The notes under the pieces: generated by a model
The model's input: only the letters and a program-made list of their open reading frames with translations
Told to the model about the DNA's origin: nothing
Databases searched by the model: none
Assembly: GCA_023666835.1 (NCBI GenBank)
Contig: JAMPBJ010000001.1
Coordinates: forward strand, 185,185-249,184
Reading direction: 5' to 3'
DNA from: Bacteroides sp.
Lineage (GTDB): Bacteria; Bacteroidota; Bacteroidia; Bacteroidales; Muribaculaceae
Length of the DNA: 64,000 nt
Translations under genes and position numbers: made by a program
Part shown: positions 58,701 through 64,000 of the stretch, in pieces
How positions within the stretch are numbered: the stretch's first letter is position 1
Layout of the letters: every line of letters begins with the position of its first letter

Positions 58701-59007
58701 ATACCACTTCGGAATTTTTGTAGCCGATACTTGTGATTATCAACTTTGTGCCGGGCTTCACGTTGGTGATGGAGAATTCACCATCCATGTTTGTTGCGGC
58801 ACCCTGCGTGGGATTGTTGGCAACTTTGACTGACGCACCGATGGCCGGATCGCCAAACTCATCCAACACAATACCGGAAGCCGTCGTCGACGACGGTACG
58901 GCAGCAGCAGGCACGGGCGCTGCGTTGACGGGCATGGTCCAGGCCATTGATCCCATCAGCGTAGCAGCAAGGATCATCTTGCTGACTGATTTGATTGGTT
59001 TTAGCAT
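55720..59007 (-). CDS. susC: SusC/RagA TonB-dependent transporter
   Basis: LDEVVVTAMG, NQPLIVIDGVP, INPEDIENMTVLKGPNAAALYG..NGVIVITTK, C-terminal F. Confidence 0.96.
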   Translation of the reverse strand: MLKPIKSVSKMILAATLMGSMAWTMPVNAAPVPAAAVPSSTTASGIVLDEFGDPAIGASVKVANNPTQGAATNMDGEFSITNVKPGTKLIITSIGYKNSEVVWNGEPLEIQLELNSKALDEVVVTAMGIKREEKTLTYAVQTIKNDEVTRIKETNFVNALQGKSAGLTITPNNSGAGGGASRIVLRGSTSILGSNQPLIVIDGVPMTNGMGTQATDGIDMGGGKSGDDLLSTINPEDIENMTVLKGPNAAALYGAAANNGVIVITTKSGAQGTVNVNISSSTSIDRIAMYPRQQQWYGITNTGNGHSAWSAWGPRVGTRSADEVAAYPWLSNTARNSVPDYFQTGVTLNNGITLSGGTELSRTYFSYNNTYQDGIIPGNKFTRNNVMLKESFSLFDKKVNITASLNWIHQRTDNSPVVGKALSGLYALYRTPADVDMRYYKNNYAHLGQTGEYLVSDPSVGNPKLVGQPIQTWDWFVDYLNNPWWVQNMVNDQIKRDRILGNITLDWTIWKNLKYQTRFSVDMVMDNSLNEEYATMFRAGFDYKGGKYYSNNSRTSDIYNDHMLTWNDRFNDKIDVNVALGGSFTRHYSRSTTIQTGIDTSGVPNAFVPQNNKYYRPSNPNGSATSASDSWDYTDWSSALFGTVSLGFLDKIYVDGSYRRDWCQAFQQFTAKGDYKSFGYYSFGANVLIDKFFNQDYKAAPWLDQLKWRGSYSVVGNSVPNTLFARQSLNFSTGALSTKPPTFDDPKPETTTAFETGIDAWMFNNKFNIDLTYYNSTLRNQFLYVSTANGESKPVNTGKIRNTGIEISMGYRWAINSDWQWQSNVNFAYNDNKIIETYMQDNGLPYIYETGPKAFHIKYLEGGKFGDIYVNSFARDENGHIQISGVNEDGTIDYANAVPRMASGQYETYVGNTTSPYTLGWSNTLTWKNWTLYFLIDGRIGGKVMSLTEPDLDRFGISTNSGKARLAAEADPDNLMAYAADGTPIHLMYLPDGSGRKISVQKYYETIGQNPMEEHVYNATNFRMRDIALSYTLPNLFGKSKGMTAQFSVKNAFFLYKDSPVDPDISVSAANGYSGIDSYALPTLRSYCITLKFNF

Positions 59008-59285
59008 AAGGTAGAAATAATTACTATAGATTGTATTTTTTTGCAATTTAACAAGGCCACACGTAGCCCCGACATATGATTGGTTTTCAGACGATTACAT
59101 AGCCATCAGAGCCAACGCCGCCCCGAATTTTCGCCGAAAATAGAGCTAACATGCACTCAGACAACTTACTTAATCTCGACAAAGATAAGAAAATTATTTT
59201 CATCTATTTTATAAAATATTGGTTTTTTTACAAGAAAAACTGCAATTTAACACACAGCCGATAATTTAACTTAACCAAACTTTTG

Positions 59286-59319
59286 AAAAAAAGGACTCCA
59301 CGACGATTTGTCGTGGAGT
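59286..59319 (-). terminator. Intrinsic terminator after acyltransferase pseudogene
   Basis: actccacgac / gtcgtggagt hairpin plus A7 tract. Confidence 0.7.
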
Positions 59320-59350
59320 TATGTCTACACCTTATTATATATAGAGATTC

Positions 59351-60115
59351 TTATTTCAAGATTCGCGAAAGACTTCGACGCACAGGTTCGTCGTAGCATT
59401 TCAGGAAGGGCCATGACAGGATGATCACGCCGATCACGATGGCCACCGCGGCCAGCACGATACACTCGGTAGAGGGATGGTCGTTCCACACCCGGGCATA
59501 GAAGTAATACATAAACGGATAGTGGATTATGTAGACCGGATAGGAAATAGCACCGAAAAATTCGCATATGCGCCCCGACCGGGCATCGGTGGTGCGCCCC
59601 GAAGCCGCCAGATAGACGATGGCCGGAAACACAACCAGCGTGCAAACGGCGTCATACAGTCCGTTGAGAATACTCGGCTCACCATCCGGGCTCGCATAGG
59701 GCACCGAAGCCATCGTGTGGGGCAGAGCCGGTATCATCAGCAGGCCAAGCACAAACGACAACACCACCGCCGAATAGCTGACCGACGTATGGTCCCACTT
59801 CTCGCATCCTTAAGCCACGAACGAAACCACACCCAGCAGTACAACCACCACCACCAGGGGATGGAGTCGGACGATGCGTCGCAGAAGAAACTGCCCGGCC
59901 GACACCCTTCGCTTCCATCGCGGATCGTAGGCATAGCCGATCACAATTTCCGACAGCACGAAAAAGAAATCGACGGCCAGATAGCCGTGGTTAATTACCT
60001 GATCGACAGGCGATCAAGCAAAGCATTCTCCAATATGATAGAAGATGACCATGAGAGCCGCCACGCCGCGCAGGCCGTCGAGCAACTCATAGCGGAGTCG
60101 AGTAGTTTGTTCTAT
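59351..60115 (-). pseudogene. Acyltransferase-3 (OafA-like) pseudogene
   Basis: LDGLRGVAAL..H, HGYLAVDFFFVLS, RIVRLHP, ISYPVYIIHYP in one frame, with stops at 60016-60014 (TGA) and 59812-59810 (TAA), no clear ATG, and an apparent central deletion. Confidence 0.85.
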
Positions 60116-60182
60116 TTCTCTATGATTAGACTGCAAATTTACAAACCTTCGACTGGAAAAAAATTGATCCACATCAAAAACA

Positions 60183-60343
60183 TCACCGATCGAGGTCAAG
60201 TATGAACATGATATCCACGACCGTTTCCTGATCATTGACGACACATTATATCACATAGCGCCTCCATCAAAGACCTCGGCAAGAAGCTATTTGCATTCTC
60301 TAAAATGGAAATCGCCCCGAACACAATACACGATCCTCTCTGA
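60183..60343 (+). pseudogene. Frameshifted C-terminal fragment of an ORF6N/RhuM-associated PLD-like domain protein
   Basis: PIEVKYEHDIHDRFLIIDDTLYHI then, after a 1-nt deletion, ASIKDLGKKLFAFSKME. Confidence 0.7.
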
Positions 60344-60359
60344 GTCTTCACCCAAAAGC

Positions 60360-60393
60360 AAAAAAACAGATTCGGAATTGCTTCCGAATCTGT
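60360..60393 (-). terminator. tRNA terminator
   Basis: acagattcggaa / ttccgaatctgt hairpin with A tract. Confidence 0.8.
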
Positions 60394-60400
60394 CGACGGG

Positions 60401-60474
60401 TGGAGTATAGCGGACTCGAACCGCTCACCTCGACACTGCCAGTGTCGCGCTCTAGCCAGATGAGCTAATACCCC
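60401..60474 (-). tRNA. tRNA-Ala(GGC), CCA not encoded
   Basis: GGGGTATTAGCTCATCTGGCTAGAGCG-CGACA CTGGCAG TGTCG-AGGTGAGCGGTTCGAGTCCGCTATACTCCA; G3:U70 pair. Confidence 0.96.
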
Positions 60475-60590
60475 TTGGTTTGCGTTGCAAATTTAGCGCA
60501 TATTTTTGAATCCGACAAATTATTTTTGCAATTTTGATACCATTCTGCTCATTTTTGCCATAACTTTGCAGTTCAAAATTGAATACTCAC

Positions 60591-61754
60591 ATGCTAAAAA
60601 CCACATTTTCTCATATAGCGTTGATGGTGTCGGCTGCATCAGCCACCATGATAACAGCCTCATGCTCGGGAGGGAACAAGGCAGATACTACCGCAGCCGA
60701 CACATTAATATATAGTGACACCACACTGACTGTCGATAGACCACAAGTTGCGATGTCGGATTCAATTACATTCTCGCTGGTGGGCGACATAATGATGGGC
60801 ACCACATTTCCCGATTCTACAGGAGGATCACATCTGCCTCCCAACCGCGGTAGGAACCTGTTTGACGATTGCCGGGATATAACAACCCGCGTCGACGTGG
60901 CATGTGGCAATCTTGAGGGCAGCTTTCTGTCAGGACCGGCACCGCACAAAAAGACGAGCGACCCCGCCAATTGCTTCATCTTCCGCATGCCGCCGGAATA
61001 TGTCGAAAACCTTACAGATGCCGGCTTCGACTTCCTGGGCATAGCCAACAACCATATCAGCGATTTTGGCGCCACGGGCCGTCGATCCACCATGAAGACC
61101 CTCTCGGAAGCTTCGCTGGCCTACGCCGGACTCAAGGGCGTGTGCGAAACCACATACCTGACGCGTAATGGTTTGCGCATCGGCTTGACACAGTTCGGCC
61201 ACGGTGGAGTCAATCTACCTGTCACCGATCTTAGTGAATTGAAGCGTGTAGTGAAACAACTGAGCGACTCGGCCGACATCGTGGTGGTGGCTTTCCATGG
61301 CGGAGCCGAGGGCAGCAGCCACACCCACGTACCACATGCCACCGAGATGTTTTTGGGCGAAAACCGTGGCGATGTCGAAGCATTTGCCCACGCGGCCATC
61401 GACGCCGGTGCCGATATGGTCTATGGTCACGGACCCCACGTGCCCCGCGCAGCCGAGATCTACAAGGGCCACATCATCTTTTATTCGCTTGGCAACTTCT
61501 GCACGCCCTATCGCATGGGAATCACCGGAGCGACCGGACTGGCCCCTCTGGCCGAGGTGACGCTGAATCGCGACGGCAGTTTCCGCCATGGCAAGATCCA
61601 CTCCTTTGCGCAGCAGCGTGGTCGAGGACCTGTTGCCGATCCGTCGAATGAAGCCGCGAGATTCATCAAGCGCCTGTCGGCCGAAGATTTTCCCGGCTCT
61701 CCCCTTCAGATTGCCGACGACGGCTGCCTGAGCGTTTCACCAATATCGAAATAA
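60591..61754 (+). CDS. CapA/PGA_cap metallophosphoesterase-family lipoprotein
   Basis: VGDIMMG, GNLEG, ANNHISDFG, FHGGAE, GHGPHV, YSLGNF. Confidence 0.92.
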   Translation: MLKTTFSHIALMVSAASATMITASCSGGNKADTTAADTLIYSDTTLTVDRPQVAMSDSITFSLVGDIMMGTTFPDSTGGSHLPPNRGRNLFDDCRDITTRVDVACGNLEGSFLSGPAPHKKTSDPANCFIFRMPPEYVENLTDAGFDFLGIANNHISDFGATGRRSTMKTLSEASLAYAGLKGVCETTYLTRNGLRIGLTQFGHGGVNLPVTDLSELKRVVKQLSDSADIVVVAFHGGAEGSSHTHVPHATEMFLGENRGDVEAFAHAAIDAGADMVYGHGPHVPRAAEIYKGHIIFYSLGNFCTPYRMGITGATGLAPLAEVTLNRDGSFRHGKIHSFAQQRGRGPVADPSNEAARFIKRLSAEDFPGSPLQIADDGCLSVSPISK

Positions 61755-63009
61755 TCAGCATCACCGTCAGAATCCACGGATAGTAGAGATAGGGCCACGG
61801 AGCAGCCGGCGAGATCCCCGCAAGCGAGGTGGCCAAAAGCGTCTGCGCGCCATACGGTATCAGACACTGCACAATGCACGAGGCCGTGTCGAGGATCGAA
61901 GCCGCTTTACGACCAGCCACGCCATAGCGTTCGGATATCGTGCGCGTTATACCTCCCACGGTAATGATGGCCACGGTATTGTTGGCCGTACACAAATTGA
62001 CAAGCCCTACCAGCAGTGCAATCACGGCCTGCGCCCCGCGAGTGTCGGAGATCCGCCGGGTCAGTTGTCGTAATATAAATTCTATGCCACCCATCTGCTT
62101 GACCAACCCCAGCATGCCGGCCGCAAGCAGGGTGATGATGATGAGATTGCCCATCGAGTCGATGCCTTCGCCGCAATACGAAGCCATATCCATGGCTCCA
62201 AAGCCATAGATGAAGCCCATCGCAATAGCCGACAGAATGCCGGCGAGAAGCACCACCGACACATTGACACCAAACACGGCGAGCAAGATAACCGCGAGAT
62301 AAGGCAACACAAGCCAAGGGCGCCCGACCTCAGCCGCATCCACATCCGGCGCATGTTGCGACATCAGTATGTAGAGCACTAGCGTCAGCACTGCTGCCGG
62401 AAGCGCTATGATGATGTTGGCCTTGAATTTATCGCTCATCCCCACTCCCTGCGACCGCGTGGCGGCAATGGTAGTGTCGGAGATAAACGACAGATTGTCG
62501 CCGAAAAATGCACCACCGAGCACCACAGCCACAAAAAACGGCACCGGTGCTCCCGACACCTCCGCCATTTCAGCCGCCAAAGGAGCCAAGGCAACAACCG
62601 TTCCCACCGATGTGCCTATCGATAGCGAGATGAAGCAGGCCGAGAAAAAGAGCGTGGGCACCAGACTCGATGCCGGAAACACCGACAGCGCCAGATCCAC
62701 CGTAGCCTCCACCGCCCCGAGCCGCTTGGCAAGCATGGCAAATGCTCCGGCAAGCACAAACACCCATATCATATACAGGATGTTGTCGTGGCCGGCCGAT
62801 CGTGAGAACACCTCGATGCGTTTCATCAGCGGAGTGTCACGCATCATCAGAATGCCCCACACTGAAGCTGCCACAAGCGATACCGACAGCGGCATCTTGT
62901 AGAAATCACCGATCATCACTGACACAACCACATAGCTGATGAGAAAGACGAGTACGGGGGATACGGCCTTAAGACCCTGCCACGGGTCTATCCGCTTGAA
63001 TTCATTCAT
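61666..63009 (-). CDS. NhaC-family Na+/H+ antiporter or amino-acid transporter
   Basis: SIGTSVGT, GAFFGDNLSFISDTTIAAT, TANNTVAI, IPYGAQ. Confidence 0.9.
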   Translation of the reverse strand: MNEFKRIDPWQGLKAVSPVLVFLISYVVVSVMIGDFYKMPLSVSLVAASVWGILMMRDTPLMKRIEVFSRSAGHDNILYMIWVFVLAGAFAMLAKRLGAVEATVDLALSVFPASSLVPTLFFSACFISLSIGTSVGTVVALAPLAAEMAEVSGAPVPFFVAVVLGGAFFGDNLSFISDTTIAATRSQGVGMSDKFKANIIIALPAAVLTLVLYILMSQHAPDVDAAEVGRPWLVLPYLAVILLAVFGVNVSVVLLAGILSAIAMGFIYGFGAMDMASYCGEGIDSMGNLIIITLLAAGMLGLVKQMGGIEFILRQLTRRISDTRGAQAVIALLVGLVNLCTANNTVAIITVGGITRTISERYGVAGRKAASILDTASCIVQCLIPYGAQTLLATSLAGISPAAPWPYLYYPWILTVMLIISILVKRSGSRRRQSEGESRENLRPTGA

Positions 63010-63024
63010 GTTGACGTTGATATA

Positions 63025-63765
63025 CTATTGTGATATTCTTGAAAGCCGACGAATCTGATCGTCGATATATGGAGTTGAAATAATGTTCGAAGCACGGCGA
63101 AAGTAATCCAATGCCTGCTGCCGGGCGGCTTTGTCGCCGGTTGCGGTCTGCGCGTAGTAGTTTGCCAGATACAACAGCGCATCGACCGACTGCGGATTGA
63201 GCGACAGTATGTGGCGATACGTGTCGAGAGCGCGATCGGTCTGACCATCATAGAGATATCCCTGAGCAAGTGTGTAAAGGAAACGTTCATCGTCAGGATT
63301 GCCGCGGAGCATGATCGTGCTGTAGGCAATCATACCCTCGGGATTGCGCCGATAGGTATAGTAACGCATCAGACAAGCGTCGATGATACGGGTCATCCAT
63401 GGATTTTCAGCCTTGGTCTGAAGCAGATACTGTTCGTAGAGCGAGGTCTGACCGATAGAAAAACTGGTTCGTTCAACGGCTGAAAAAATCGAGTCGACCG
63501 GTATATGGGCGTTGAGGGCCGCGTGGGTCAGAGTCGATTGTTGAAGCGTGTCGCCGATCATTCCGGCCGACACGATGGCCCGACTGTAATATTCCTTATT
63601 GTCAGGCTCGTCGGCAATAAGCATAGTGTAGAGGGCGCCTGCGCTGTTCCACTCGCGATACTGGAAAAACCGCGCCGCACGAACAGCCATATCCGACTGC
63701 GCCATGGCCGGCACTACCATCGCTGCAAAGAGAAGTAATATGAACAGACGCCTGATTTTCAACAT
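63025..63765 (-). CDS. Secreted TPR protein
   Basis: Signal peptide, TPR-like helices (ALDTYRHILSLNPQSVDALLYLANYY). Confidence 0.8.
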   Translation of the reverse strand: MLKIRRLFILLLFAAMVVPAMAQSDMAVRAARFFQYREWNSAGALYTMLIADEPDNKEYYSRAIVSAGMIGDTLQQSTLTHAALNAHIPVDSIFSAVERTSFSIGQTSLYEQYLLQTKAENPWMTRIIDACLMRYYTYRRNPEGMIAYSTIMLRGNPDDERFLYTLAQGYLYDGQTDRALDTYRHILSLNPQSVDALLYLANYYAQTATGDKAARQQALDYFRRASNIISTPYIDDQIRRLSRISQ

Positions 63766-64000
63766 TGAATCTTCATGTTTAATATTGATTCCACAAGATA
63801 AATACCCCGAATTTTGTCGCGGCGCACTTCCATATCATCGTATCGGGGATTGTCGCTGCGAAGTATCACCATGTCAGGATCAGGATGTCGTCGCAGGAAT
63901 TTGACCACACGGAAATCGTCGAGAACCACAACATAGATCTGACCCCAGAATATGCAGTCGGGGTCCGTGATGCGACGTATGGCCACAAAAGCACCGTCGG
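63759..64000 (-). CDS. S24 peptidase (LexA/CI-like) C-terminal part, partial
   Basis: DGAFVAIRR..WGQIYVVV..VVKFL..ILRSDNPRYDDM; runs off window end. Confidence 0.8.
   Translation of the reverse strand, partial: DGAFVAIRRITDPDCIFWGQIYVVVLDDFRVVKFLRRHPDPDMVILRSDNPRYDDMEVRRDKIRGIYLVESILNMKIQC

Noticed and set aside
59351-60115. Stop-codon recoding (selenocysteine or alternative code)
   Set aside because: Stops are of two types (TGA and TAA) and come with a deletion and a lost start, which is ordinary pseudogenisation.

Overview
64 kb of a Bacteroidales chromosome, probably Muribaculaceae/S24-7-like (inferred from fairly high GC, TAnnTTTG -7 promoters, SusC/SusD and T9SS-type C-terminal domains). 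Most of it is housekeeping genes (bioB, trmD, fmt, secG, lptE, rsmF-like, pfkA, birA, tRNA-Ala) and host-glycan foraging genes (GH92, a modular GH20, a nanL-nanE-esterase/mutarotase operon, and a SusCD locus with two tandem GH85 endo-N-acetylglucosaminidases). The most interesting feature is a compact, intact six-gene phage head module at 37307-41927: scaffold-like protein, major capsid-like protein, adaptor-like protein, shortened P22-like portal, phage-type regulator and connector-like protein. It sits between ordinary host genes with no integrase, terminase, replication or tail genes. A lone holin 24 kb away (12530-13012) shares a 39-bp upstream promoter element with the capsid operon (28/39 identical, ungapped). 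Together these suggest a domesticated, dispersed, co-regulated phage-derived particle system (gene transfer agent-like). Other items: a catalytically degenerate HypE-like protein, three pseudogene remnants, REP-like palindromes and 9-bp-period intergenic micro-repeats. All family assignments are by eye from motifs; no database searches were run.
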